From NCBI GenBank assembly GCA_963825135.1, contig CAWGRW010000009.1, positions 2,208,001 through 2,272,000 on the forward strand: a stretch of 64,000 nucleotides of DNA, read 5' to 3'. Below are positions 47,324-57,207 of the stretch, in pieces. Positions within the stretch are counted from its first letter, which is position 1; the number at the start of each line of letters is the position of its first letter. Under the pieces are notes generated by a model. The model had not been told where the DNA came from, made no database searches, and worked only from the letters and a program-made list of their open reading frames with translations. This DNA comes from an uncultured bacterium. Its GTDB lineage: Bacteria > Desulfobacterota_D > UBA1144 > Nemesobacterales > UBA2774. Both the position numbers and the translations under genes were made by a program.

Positions 47324-48901
47324 ATGCATAAACTGTGCTTTCGTATAAGGGAGAGGGTCCGGGCCGCCGCTTTTTCTCTTTTCATCCTGTTGTTACTATT
47401 TACAGCCCCGGGGCTTCACGAAAAATCGTTCGCTCAGGGGGTATACAGCGCCCAGGAGCAGATATATCTCAAAAACACTACCCCTTTACTGTACGAGTTC
47501 TCGCAGGCGGCGTCGGAGGTGAGCGCCTCCGTGCTTAAGCTCCAGTCGGCCCCGCCCGAGGAGTGCGCGTCCAGATTCGCCGACTACAGGGGTATAATCG
47601 GCTCACTCGGTAATCAGCTCGGAACCATTACCCCGCCGCCCCGCCTTGAGACCGTGCATGAATATTCGATGCAGGCCCTGACCGGTTATTTGTCCGGGCT
47701 GGAGCTTTATTTCAAAGCCTGCACTGAAGAGGATTACGGTGTTAAGGAGAGCATGGTGAGGCAGGGAGGGGTGTATCTGAATAAATCTGTCGGTGCGGTG
47801 GGAAAAGCCTACGAAGAGATCGAAAATCTCAAAGCGGCCGGGCCTGCGGTCGTTAAGAAAGAAGCCAATGAAGAAATCACCGAGGGCGATATCACGGACG
47901 CGGGATTGGCGAAAGAGAAGCCCGATGTCGGGAATATGAAAGAAGAATCGGCAAATACCGCCGATTCGGTACCGCCGGCCCCGGAAGTGAAGACCAAAGC
48001 TCAGGTTCTCGAGGAAATTTCCAGGAAGGTGCAGGCCGATATGGAGGCTCAGGAGGCTGCTGAGTCCGAGGCTCCCGCGCGGGATAACGCCGTACGCAAG
48101 GAGCCGCCGGCCGCCGCGCCCAGGGAGGAAGTATCCGCGCCTGAGCCGCCCAAGAAGAAAGCCGTGGTAAAAACCCCGGAGAAGAAGGAGATTGCCGAAT
48201 CACCTGAGGCCGTCCCTCCCCCTCCCCCGTCGGAGACGCCCGGGGTGAAGCCCGAAGAAGCGCCGTCTGTTGAAACCGCCGAGAAAGCGGAGGAAAGCGC
48301 TCAGGCCCCGGCGGAGGTAAAAACAGATAAGGCGGGTGCGGCGAATGAGGCAGAATCGTCAGGTAAGGATAAGATAGAGAAGCTCAACCAGAAGATAATG
48401 GAGCAAACCAACTCTGCTCAGCCGAAAGAGAATGCTGCGGAAGCGGGCCCGGGGGAATCCGAAACCCCTCAGGCTACGGTCCCGGATGAAGGAAAAGGGA
48501 CTGAGACGCCTCCCGGGACAGCGGCGGCCGGGAATGCCGGGGCGGAGAACCCTGCGCCGGCTCCGGAAAATAAAGAGCTTGCCGCGGCGCCACCGGGCGG
48601 CGTGTCTGAAGAGCTCAAGGAAGAAGAAGTGCCTGTGGACGATGTGAAATCATGGTGTCAGGAACGGTATCAGGATCCCTCCGAACGGGAGGCATGCATG
48701 GAGGAGAGGGCGGCGGCGAAGGATAAAATCGACAAGCTGAGCGGCGCGTACTCCGGAGGGACCAAAGAAAGAGAGGTTCTGGACAAATGCATGACCGACT
48801 GGAAAGAAGGGAGCACGTACAACTACCAGATGGTGATTTCGTGCACCCAGTTTTACTGCAAGCAGGGCGGCATCGAGGACTGCAAGAATTTGAGTAAGTA
48901 A
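47324..48901 (+). CDS. Exported protein with a long Pro/Ala/Glu-rich linker, paralog of 40472-41251
   Basis: Signal peptide; shares N- and C-terminal domains with the paralog. Confidence 0.8.
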   Translation: MHKLCFRIRERVRAAAFSLFILLLLFTAPGLHEKSFAQGVYSAQEQIYLKNTTPLLYEFSQAASEVSASVLKLQSAPPEECASRFADYRGIIGSLGNQLGTITPPPRLETVHEYSMQALTGYLSGLELYFKACTEEDYGVKESMVRQGGVYLNKSVGAVGKAYEEIENLKAAGPAVVKKEANEEITEGDITDAGLAKEKPDVGNMKEESANTADSVPPAPEVKTKAQVLEEISRKVQADMEAQEAAESEAPARDNAVRKEPPAAAPREEVSAPEPPKKKAVVKTPEKKEIAESPEAVPPPPPSETPGVKPEEAPSVETAEKAEESAQAPAEVKTDKAGAANEAESSGKDKIEKLNQKIMEQTNSAQPKENAAEAGPGESETPQATVPDEGKGTETPPGTAAAGNAGAENPAPAPENKELAAAPPGGVSEELKEEEVPVDDVKSWCQERYQDPSEREACMEERAAAKDKIDKLSGAYSGGTKEREVLDKCMTDWKEGSTYNYQMVISCTQFYCKQGGIEDCKNLSK

Positions 48902-48961
48902 GTGGCGCGCGGGGCGCCGTCTGGTCGATCTGGACGTACCTGAATCTTTATAAGGAATTAC

Positions 48962-50314
48962 CTAGAGAATCAGCATCGCGATTAAAAGGTAAAAGGTCGA
49001 GCCGAAAATGTCGTTAAACATGGTCAGAAAGGGCCCCGACGCGCCGGCGGGATCGAAATTCAGCTTGTAGAGTATCAGAGGTTCCGTCACGCCGATGACC
49101 GACGTCGCGAAAGTGGCTGAAACCATGGATATAAAGATAATGATTGCGAGCCTGAATGCCTCAGGTTGAGCATGGCTTATAAGTCCTCCTATTATGGCGG
49201 CTATGAGCCCGCAGATCGTGCCTAAAAAAAGTCCTACCTTTACCTCTGAAATAATTATTTTTACTATCTGTTTCACGTTGATGGTACGCATGCCGAGGCC
49301 CCTCACGATGATGGTGGTCGTCTGAAGCCCCACATTCCCGCCCACCGCCATGATGGCGGGCATGAAAGCCGCGAGTATGGCCAGTTTTTCAAGCGCGGGT
49401 TTCAATGAGGACACGATAATAAACGCGATAAAGAGCTCTCCGCAGAGGGTCAGGAGAAGCCAGGGCATCCTGAGTCTGATCTGGCTCCGGATCGGCGTAA
49501 ATATAGGGTGCAGGGTCTCACCCACGCCCGCCATCTGCAGGATGTCCTCGGAAGCTTCCTCGGTTACGACGTCCATTATGTCGTCAGCCGTTATCCTGCC
49601 CAGGAGCACTCCTTTCCTGTCAATAACCGGGAGCGACAGTATGCCGTATTTCTGGAAGATCTTGGCGACTTCCTCCTGGTCCATATAAGGGGTCGCCATG
49701 TGCTCTACTGGCTCCATGATATCCGAAACCCTGGAGCCGGGGGTCGCGAGAACGAGCCTGCTGAGGGACATCTGCCCGAGGAGCTTGTCGCTCTCATCGG
49801 TTACATAGATGAGATAAAAGTCATGGATTTCGTCGGCTATGAGCCGTATCCAGTTGATCGTATCCCGCACCGTGAACTTTTCGACGACCTTCACGAGCTC
49901 CGTCTGCATTATGCCGCCCGCCGAGTCGTCCGGGTATTTCAGGAGCGGCTCTAGGTCCCGCAGATCCTCGGGGTCCATTTTGGCCATAACGTCGCTCGCG
50001 GTTTGATCGGAAAGCTCCCCGATCAGGTCGGCGGCGTCGTCTGACTCCATCTCTTCGACGATATCCGCAATCGTCTCTGCGTCGAGCTCGCCGAGAATTT
50101 CTTCCCTCTGCACGGGTTCGAGCTCGAGGATTACTTCCGAGGCGGTGTCGGTGTCGAGGATTTCGAGGACCCTTTGGTACTCTTCCGGGTCTAAAGCCTG
50201 GAGTATGTCGGCGATCTCCGAAGGATGGATTCCTGCCAGGAGTTCTTTGATCCCCTGGAGATTTCCCTCCTCCAAGCTGCTGGATATTTGTTCGGCGAGT
50301 TCGGGTCTCGGCAT
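48962..50314 (-). CDS. mgtE: Magnesium transporter MgtE
   Basis: HPSEIADIL, MESDDAADL, YPDDSAGGIM, CBS pair, GGNVGLQ, DPAGASGPF. Confidence 0.95.
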   Translation of the reverse strand: MPRPELAEQISSSLEEGNLQGIKELLAGIHPSEIADILQALDPEEYQRVLEILDTDTASEVILELEPVQREEILGELDAETIADIVEEMESDDAADLIGELSDQTASDVMAKMDPEDLRDLEPLLKYPDDSAGGIMQTELVKVVEKFTVRDTINWIRLIADEIHDFYLIYVTDESDKLLGQMSLSRLVLATPGSRVSDIMEPVEHMATPYMDQEEVAKIFQKYGILSLPVIDRKGVLLGRITADDIMDVVTEEASEDILQMAGVGETLHPIFTPIRSQIRLRMPWLLLTLCGELFIAFIIVSSLKPALEKLAILAAFMPAIMAVGGNVGLQTTTIIVRGLGMRTINVKQIVKIIISEVKVGLFLGTICGLIAAIIGGLISHAQPEAFRLAIIIFISMVSATFATSVIGVTEPLILYKLNFDPAGASGPFLTMFNDIFGSTFYLLIAMLIL

Positions 50315-50378
50315 GATTTTCTCCGCCCCGGTGGAATAGATGGTAATTGTATAGAAGAGAGGGTAAAAGTAAAGTAGA

Positions 50379-51257
50379 ATGAATGCCTTACCGGGAGAAA
50401 TGTTAAGGCATCCTATGGGCAGCGTAAAAAATTTCACGAATTTTATAAAATTCGAGCACACGCTATTTTCGCTCCCGCTTATTTTTGCGGGGGCATTCCT
50501 CGCGTGGGGCGGGATGCCCGAGACTCGCCTGCTCCTCCTGATTGTGCTCGCCGGAGTCGGGGCCAGGACCGCGGCTCTCGCGATAAACAGGATAATAGAC
50601 AGGCGTATAGACGCCCTTAACCCGAGGACTCGCGACAGGGAGCTCCCGTCCGGCAGGATGGGCCTTCCATACGCGCTCGGTATCACTCTGGCGGGGATGA
50701 TGCTGTACTTCGTCTCTGCTTATCTCATATGCGATCTCGTCTTTCGGCTCTCCCCGGTCCCTATAATAGTTTTCATCCTATACCCCCTGATGAAGCGCTT
50801 TACCCCCCTCTGCCATTTCGGAGTCGGGCTCGGCCTCGCCCTGGCCCCGCTCGGAGGATGGGTCGCGGTCACCTGCTCATTATCGGGAATTATCCCTGCG
50901 GTCGTTCTTTCTCTCTTCACTTTTTTCTGGGTGTCGGGTTTCGACATCATCTACGCCACTCTCGATGAGGAATCCGACAAGGGGACCGGCATACGGTCCA
51001 TAATCTCTGTCTACGGTAAAGAGACCGGACTATATATCGCCGGGTTACTCCACTACGCGGCTTTTTTCTGCATTGCGTTCATCTATTTCTTTATGTTCAA
51101 TACGATAATTGCGGCCGTCATTCTCGCCGCTATCGGTTTTCTCCTTTACCTGGAACACAAAAAGTCGGAAGACGTCGACCTGGCTTTCTTCAGGATCAAC
51201 ATTGTGGTGGGCTTCGCCGTCTTCCTTTTTGTCCTCGCTGGGATATACTTACCCTAG
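50379..51257 (+). CDS. UbiA-family prenyltransferase (MqnP-like)
   Basis: IKFEHTLFSLP, NRIIDRRIDALNPRTRDRELPSG, GFDIIYA. Confidence 0.9.
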   Translation: MNALPGEMLRHPMGSVKNFTNFIKFEHTLFSLPLIFAGAFLAWGGMPETRLLLLIVLAGVGARTAALAINRIIDRRIDALNPRTRDRELPSGRMGLPYALGITLAGMMLYFVSAYLICDLVFRLSPVPIIVFILYPLMKRFTPLCHFGVGLGLALAPLGGWVAVTCSLSGIIPAVVLSLFTFFWVSGFDIIYATLDEESDKGTGIRSIISVYGKETGLYIAGLLHYAAFFCIAFIYFFMFNTIIAAVILAAIGFLLYLEHKKSEDVDLAFFRINIVVGFAVFLFVLAGIYLP

Positions 51258-51259
51258 AA

Positions 51260-51811
51260 ATGCGTACGATAGTCGGATTTACCGGTGCGTCCGGGGCGGC
51301 CTACGGCGTGGACTTCCTGAGGAGGTGCCCCGATGACAAGTTCCTTGTGGCGAGCAAGTGGGGCAAGAGGGTGCTCCATGAGGAGCTCGGACTCAAGGTG
51401 GAGGAGTTAAGGCCCTGGGTTAGCGATATTTACAGCGATTCCGACCTCGCGGCCCCGTTTTCATCCGGCAGCAACCATTTCGATTCGCTGGTCATCATCC
51501 CCTGTTCTATTTCCACCCTGGCCAAGATAGCGAACGGCATAGCCGACACGCTCATAACAAGGATAGCCCAGGTGGCGCTCAAGGAGAGAAGGAGGCTCGT
51601 CATAGCCCTCAGGGAGACGCCTCTAAGCTCGATTGCGCTTGAGAACGCGCTCAAGCTCTCGAGGGAAGGGGTGATTATAATGCCTATTAGCCCCCCGCAT
51701 TATTTAAAAGCGGGCACTGTGAACGACCTGATTGGGGCCTATGTCGACAAGGTGCTGAATATAATCGGCGTCGGGACCGGGAACGGCTGGAAGCACGACG
51801 AGCTCGATTAG
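51260..51811 (+). CDS. ubiX: Flavin prenyltransferase UbiX
   Basis: TGASG, SSGS, PCSISTLAKIA, LKERR, RETPL. Confidence 0.93.
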   Translation: MRTIVGFTGASGAAYGVDFLRRCPDDKFLVASKWGKRVLHEELGLKVEELRPWVSDIYSDSDLAAPFSSGSNHFDSLVIIPCSISTLAKIANGIADTLITRIAQVALKERRRLVIALRETPLSSIALENALKLSREGVIIMPISPPHYLKAGTVNDLIGAYVDKVLNIIGVGTGNGWKHDELD

Positions 51812-51935
51812 GCCCGATTACCGCTCAGGGTATATTCCCGGGGACAAAAATCTCGCGATAAACCTCATTGATAACGTTAACTTTGCCTTGATATAGTCTG
51901 TCTTCAAAACATATAATGGATTTTGGTTTGATGAA

Positions 51936-53711
51936 ATGGCGAAAAAGCAGTTCTACGACCTACAGGAATACATAAACTATTTAGAAGCCATAGGGGACCT
52001 CGTGCGCGTAAAGGCGGAGGTCGACCCTGTACTCGAAATCACCGAGATTTCCTCGCGGGTAATCAAGGAAAGGGGCCCGGCCCTCATATTCGAGAACGTC
52101 AGGGGCGCGTCGTACCCGCTCGCGATAAACCTCTTCGGGACGGAAGAGAGGGTGGAGCTTGCGCTCGGCAGAAGGCCGAGGGATGTGGGGGAGGAGCTCG
52201 TTGAATTGTTTCATAAAGTGAATCCGCCTTCATTAAAATCCTTTTTCTCCGTCCTCCCAAAGGTATACGATCTCCTTTCCATGAGGACGAAAGGCGTCAA
52301 AACCGGCGCCTCCCAGGAGGTGGAGGAGCGGCCCGGCCTCGGCAAGCTGCCGATCATCAAGTGTTGGCCCCTCGACGGCGGGAGGTTTATAACGCTCGGG
52401 CTCGTTCTCACGGAGGACCCTGTGACCAGCAGAAGGAACCTCGGCATATACAGGCTCCAGATATACGATGAAAAAACGACGGGCATGCACTGGCACCCCC
52501 ACAAGGGCGGGGCCGCCCACTACCACGAAGCAGGCAAACTCGGCAGGGACCTCGAAGCGGCTGTCGTACTCGGGGGCGACCCGAAGATGATATTCACCGC
52601 CATAGCCCCTCTGCCTGAGGGCATGGACGAGCTCGCCTTCGCGAGCTATCTGAGAGGCAGACCCATCCCGATGGTCAGGGGCAAGAGCATCTCCCTCGCC
52701 GTCCCCGCCAATGCCGAATTCGTCATCGAAGGCGTAGTTCCGCAGAATGAATTGAGGGTCGAAGGCCCGTTCGGCGACCACTTCGGGCATTATTCGATGG
52801 AGGCCGATTTCCCGGTATTCCACGTGAACGAGATAACTCACAGGCTGAATCCGATTTTCCCCGCGACTGTCGTGGGCAAGCCCCCGAAGGAGGACATTTA
52901 CCTGGGCATGGCCGCGGCCGACATGTTCTCGCCCCTTGTGAGGATAATCCACCCCGAGGTGAAGGACATGTGGGCCTATCCCGAGGCCGGGTTCCACAAC
53001 CTCCTTGTCGTCTCGGTCGACGAGCGCTACCCCAAAAACGGCATCAAGGCGATGCTCGCGCTCTGGGGCACGGGCCAGCTTCTGCTGACGAAGGTCATGA
53101 TTACCGTATCGAGCGACGTAAATCCCCGCGACTGGAACGCCGTGCTCATGGAGATCGGCGAGAACTTCGATCCGAACGAGGACTTCCTCATGATCCCCTG
53201 GGCGCCCCTCGACACGCTCGACTTCACGAGCGGGAAGCTCAACGTCGGGAGCAAGATGGGTATAAACGCGGTGCGCGGGAAGGAGGGCGGCAGGACTAAG
53301 CGCAAGGCCCCCGGACGCGTCCCCGACCCGAGGGGGAAACACAAAGAGATACTCGACTGGAGACTCCTGCCGGGCGGAATTCTGGCAATAAAACTGGAAA
53401 ATAATCCCAAGGATGTACTGAAAAAAATGTTCGAGACCCCCGGGTATGAAGACGTCAGGATAATCGCCGCCGTGAGCCCCGACATCGACGTCCACGACGA
53501 CACGGAGCTCATATGGGGGATATTCACAAGATTCGATCCCTATCTCGACGTAATATTCGAGCGGACCGAGCTCAGGGGCTCTGCGGTTCTGTACGGCGGC
53601 AGGATGGGGATAGATGCGACCATAAAAAGCTGGTATCCTCTTGTAATCGAGATGTCGGAGGACGTGAGGGAGAAGGTAGCCGAAAGATGGAAAGAATACT
53701 GGATGAAGTAG
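51936..53711 (+). CDS. UbiD-family menaquinone biosynthesis decarboxylase (MqnL-like)
   Basis: GPALIFEN, WPLDGG, RNLGIYR, EGPFGDHFGHYS, VVGKPPKED. Confidence 0.9.
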   Translation: MAKKQFYDLQEYINYLEAIGDLVRVKAEVDPVLEITEISSRVIKERGPALIFENVRGASYPLAINLFGTEERVELALGRRPRDVGEELVELFHKVNPPSLKSFFSVLPKVYDLLSMRTKGVKTGASQEVEERPGLGKLPIIKCWPLDGGRFITLGLVLTEDPVTSRRNLGIYRLQIYDEKTTGMHWHPHKGGAAHYHEAGKLGRDLEAAVVLGGDPKMIFTAIAPLPEGMDELAFASYLRGRPIPMVRGKSISLAVPANAEFVIEGVVPQNELRVEGPFGDHFGHYSMEADFPVFHVNEITHRLNPIFPATVVGKPPKEDIYLGMAAADMFSPLVRIIHPEVKDMWAYPEAGFHNLLVVSVDERYPKNGIKAMLALWGTGQLLLTKVMITVSSDVNPRDWNAVLMEIGENFDPNEDFLMIPWAPLDTLDFTSGKLNVGSKMGINAVRGKEGGRTKRKAPGRVPDPRGKHKEILDWRLLPGGILAIKLENNPKDVLKKMFETPGYEDVRIIAAVSPDIDVHDDTELIWGIFTRFDPYLDVIFERTELRGSAVLYGGRMGIDATIKSWYPLVIEMSEDVREKVAERWKEYWMK

Positions 53712-54796
53712 AAAAGCTCTGTTTCGATAAGTCGCTCTTCCCGATAATCGCCAAGGTCGCGGACGGCGAGCGTCTTTCTTTTGAAGACGGTCTCACCGTG
53801 ATGAACACCGCCGATCTCAACACGGTCGGCATGCTCGCCGATTACGTCAAGAGGAAGAGGGCCGGGGACAAGGTCTATTTCGTCGTGAACAGGCACGTGA
53901 ACCCCACGAACATCTGCGCCATATCGTGCAAGTTCTGCGCCTTCGGCACTACCAAGAAATCGGCTAACGCCTACGAGCTTTCGCACGAGCAGATACTCTC
54001 GCTCCTCGACGACGACATACGCGAGGTGCACATAGTGGGCGGCCTCCACCCCGACTGGAAGTTCCAGAACTACCTCGACATAGTCAGGCTCGTCAAGGAC
54101 CACTTCCCGAAGACGCACGTCAAGGCATTCACTGCGGTAGAGATAGACTGGTTTACGGAGATAAGCGGCATGGGTCTCGAAGAGGTGTTAGAGACGCTGA
54201 GGGAAGCCGGGGTCGACGCGCTCACGGGCGGCGGGGCCGAGATTCTCCACCCCGATATCAGAAAGAAGATATGCGCGCCCAAGACCGTAGCCACGAGGTG
54301 GGAGGAGATACACAGCCTCGCTCACAGGATGGGGATACCGACCAATGCGACTATCCTCTACGGGCACATAGAAGAGCCTTTCCACGTAGTCGACCATTAT
54401 GAGAGACTGAGAAATATCGAAGACAGATCGCCGGGCTTTTTCGCTTTCATCCCGGTGCTTTTCCAGCCCGAGAATACCGGGCTCAAGAAGCAGGTGAAAT
54501 TCTTCCCGGCTTCGTACGATCTGAAAATACACGCCCTCGCAAGGCTATACCTCGACAACTTCCCCCACATCAAATCCTACTGGATTACGCTCGGGGAGAA
54601 GATGGCTCAGGTCGCGCTCCATTACGGGTGCAGCGACGCTGACGGCACTATCATGCGGGAGAAGATAATCCACGACGCGGGCGCCCCGTCGGAGCTCGGG
54701 CACACGCGCGACTTCATGGTCAACATGATAAAGAACGCGGGCTTCATCCCCGTTGAGCGCGACGCGCTGTACAACGAAGTCCGGGTTTACAATTAG
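53687..54796 (+). CDS. mqnE: Aminofutalosine synthase MqnE (radical SAM)
   Basis: NRHVNPTNICAISCKFCAF, EVHIVGGLHP, GGGAEI, RLYLDNFPHIKSYW, ERDALYN. Confidence 0.9.
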   Translation: MERILDEVEKLCFDKSLFPIIAKVADGERLSFEDGLTVMNTADLNTVGMLADYVKRKRAGDKVYFVVNRHVNPTNICAISCKFCAFGTTKKSANAYELSHEQILSLLDDDIREVHIVGGLHPDWKFQNYLDIVRLVKDHFPKTHVKAFTAVEIDWFTEISGMGLEEVLETLREAGVDALTGGGAEILHPDIRKKICAPKTVATRWEEIHSLAHRMGIPTNATILYGHIEEPFHVVDHYERLRNIEDRSPGFFAFIPVLFQPENTGLKKQVKFFPASYDLKIHALARLYLDNFPHIKSYWITLGEKMAQVALHYGCSDADGTIMREKIIHDAGAPSELGHTRDFMVNMIKNAGFIPVERDALYNEVRVYN

Positions 54797-54852
54797 AGTC
54801 CTACAGTTCCATATCCAGAATTTGTAAGAGCGGCTTCAAGCCATCTCTAACC

Positions 54853-55186
54853 TGTCATTGCGAGAACGGTTCTGAACGTGTGCAAGAACCGGACGCCTTC
54901 GGCTGAAAGTATATAAGCAGCTAAATCAACGCACTCAAGTCGATAAATACAAATTACGGAGCGACGCGGCAATCTCGTTTTTATGTCATCCTGAACTACG
55001 TTTCTGAGCAGCAAGATTCCGAGCAAGCAAGGAAATGGTCACTCGTGGTTGAGTGCACGAACGTTAATATCTCTCCGCTCAGTTATGACAGAAGCCAAAT
55101 TAGCAAGAAACGGACGCCATTGGCTGAATCCAATAATGTATATATTCTCCGCTTGATCGTTTACCAACCCAGAAATTCAGGATCTC
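54853..55186. repeat. Cluster of two interrupted REP-like elements
   Basis: tgtcattgcgag(54853)...gcaatctcg(54977) and tgtcatcctgaa(54984)...ttcaggatctc(55186); internal repeat gcaagaa.cggacgcc.t.ggctgaa at 54882 and 55103. Confidence 0.55.
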
Positions 55187-55273
55187 ATCTTCTAACTCCC
55201 TTTTCTTAAATATGACTTGCAAACCCCTCCGTTTTGATTAATCCTTTTACATATATCAGGGGGGAAGTAAAAA

Positions 55274-55600
55274 ATGAGAAATACCGCCAAAGCGTTTTCG
55301 CTCGCAGTCATACTTGTGTCGGTGCTTGCCTTGGGAATATTCTATGCCGGGAACGAGCCTGCCTCATCACAGCAGCCCCAGGACGTAAGCTTCACAAATC
55401 AGGGCTTCGATCCCGATTTATATTCGTTCGAAGAATTGGCGCCCGTATCAGGCATTGTGGTCGCCATGGCTAACTGCGGGAACGATACGTGCTCGGACAG
55501 CCAGTGCTGCTGCCTCAACACCGACACGGGCGCGCAGTGCTGCAGGCCTAATCAGGGCGGCAACTGCGTAGAGTCCTGCAAGAAAAGCAACCCGTGTTAA
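55274..55600 (+). CDS. Exported protein with a 10-Cys C-terminal mini-domain
   Basis: Signal/TM segment then ANCGNDTCSDSQCCCLNTDTGAQCCRPNQGGNCVESCKKSNPC. Confidence 0.8.
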   Translation: MRNTAKAFSLAVILVSVLALGIFYAGNEPASSQQPQDVSFTNQGFDPDLYSFEELAPVSGIVVAMANCGNDTCSDSQCCCLNTDTGAQCCRPNQGGNCVESCKKSNPC

Positions 55601-55753
55601 CTTGCGAGGCACTTGGCGATACAAGCTGGGTCGAATAACGAAGTGCTTTTTAAGGTTGTGTTAAATTTCCCCAAATTCTCAAATTCCCCCTTGAAATGTG
55701 AGAAATAGTACTTATTATATCTCTAATTAATTTTCAGGAATGGGGTGAAATAA

Positions 55754-56038
55754 ATGATTAATACGGACAATTTAAATCATACGGGCACAAAGTTCTCCCG
55801 CAGTTTCTACGTGGGGAACATAAAAAAGGCCACTTTGCACAAGCCCGTCGACGACCTGAACGAAAAGGAACATGACCAGTTCACGTGCCTTTCCGAGCAG
55901 ATGAAATGGGGAAAGGATAACGGCTACAACCTCGTGCTGACGCGCGACAGCGAGCAGATAGACTGCTGGATGATACGGGATACCTCCATGGACGACCTGA
56001 ACCCGCTCTTCAAGAAGACGATCCTCCAGGTTTTCTGA
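55754..56038 (+). CDS. Hypothetical protein
   Basis: RBS ggggtg; 94-aa ORF with coding-like codon pattern. Confidence 0.65.
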   Translation: MINTDNLNHTGTKFSRSFYVGNIKKATLHKPVDDLNEKEHDQFTCLSEQMKWGKDNGYNLVLTRDSEQIDCWMIRDTSMDDLNPLFKKTILQVF

Positions 56039-56252
56039 TTCACACAAAATCGACAATACGCCCATAAATAATAATTATTGAATGAATTGCGGATAAAAGG
56101 CCGCGGGGGATGTTTTTTGCGGACGCGGGCCTCTCTTCTGACCGGGTTACAATCAAATTGATTTTGTTTCATACCGGGGTGCAGCTTTTCTAAACCTCGA
56201 AATAGTGTTAATATGTTGAATAGATTATCGTGATACGCGGCCGGAGCAATAT

Positions 56253-56579
56253 ATGAGTGATTATGACGCCATAATCGAAAAACTGAGAATTAAGAAAGCG
56301 GAGCTCGAAAACAGACTCAACAAGGTCGAGTCCTCCATGAGAAAGACCTATGCCAAAGATTCGCAGGAGCAGTCGATCGAGCGTGAGAACGACGAGGTTG
56401 TGGAAGCCCTCGACGAGAACATCCGGACGGAATTGAACCAGATCAACACTGCGCTTGCCCGCGTGGAAAAGAACCAGTACGGCATATGCGCCGTTTGCGA
56501 CGACCCCATACCAGTCGCGCGTCTCGAAGCGCTGCCCTACACGGACCGCTGTGTGAGCTGCGCCAGCGAATCCGAGTAG
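56253..56579 (+). CDS. TraR/DksA C4 zinc-finger protein
   Basis: Coiled coil; YGICAVCDDPIPVARLEALPYTDRCVSC. Confidence 0.92.
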   Translation: MSDYDAIIEKLRIKKAELENRLNKVESSMRKTYAKDSQEQSIERENDEVVEALDENIRTELNQINTALARVEKNQYGICAVCDDPIPVARLEALPYTDRCVSCASESE

Positions 56580-56742
56580 TCCCAAATCCCCCGAAACAGC
56601 CGTTTTACCCCTTATCGCATACGTTTATCCCGCTTATTGTTAAGTTACTGTTAACTTTTTTGACTTGAAAATGCTTTCGGTTTATAAAATTCACTGAATA
56701 ACGTTCGGTTGAATTTTCTCGCGCAGGCGGAGGCATTGGTCT

Positions 56743-57090
56743 ATGGAGATGAAGGTTATAAGGGAAGACGACGAATTGACCCACGTGAAGCTTTCCGGAA
56801 GGGTCGATCTGGAGGGGATCGGGGACCTCGACCTCGAATTTACGAGACATACGGTTACACGCAGGAAACCGACGCTTGTTGACATATCCGACGTCGATTA
56901 CATCGCCTCCATCGGCCTCAGAATGCTCGTGACCGCCGCAAAAGCGCTCAACAAGTTCGGCGCCAGACTGGTCCTTCTCAACCCTCACCCCGACGTCGAA
57001 GACGTGTTGAGGACGGCGGGCTTCGATAAGGTAATGCCCATAGAGTACGATTACGAGAGCGCGCTCGAGACGCTTAAGACGGCCGCTTGA
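56743..57090 (+). CDS. STAS anti-anti-sigma factor (RsbV-like)
   Basis: LSGRVD, VDYIASIGLRML. Confidence 0.9.
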   Translation: MEMKVIREDDELTHVKLSGRVDLEGIGDLDLEFTRHTVTRRKPTLVDISDVDYIASIGLRMLVTAAKALNKFGARLVLLNPHPDVEDVLRTAGFDKVMPIEYDYESALETLKTAA

Positions 57091-57207
57091 GGCCGGCGAA
57101 TCGAAAAGGACGGCTTTTCCCGATTAAAAAACAATATATATCAGCGTTGTTCATATTATATCGAGCGTGTTTGACGCTATTTCGCACCCCGGACCAGGTG
57201 TTGAACT

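Noticed and set aside
50315..50686. N-terminal extension of MgtE in the ORF track
   Set aside because: It overlaps the divergent prenyltransferase gene; the plausible start is ATG 50314.
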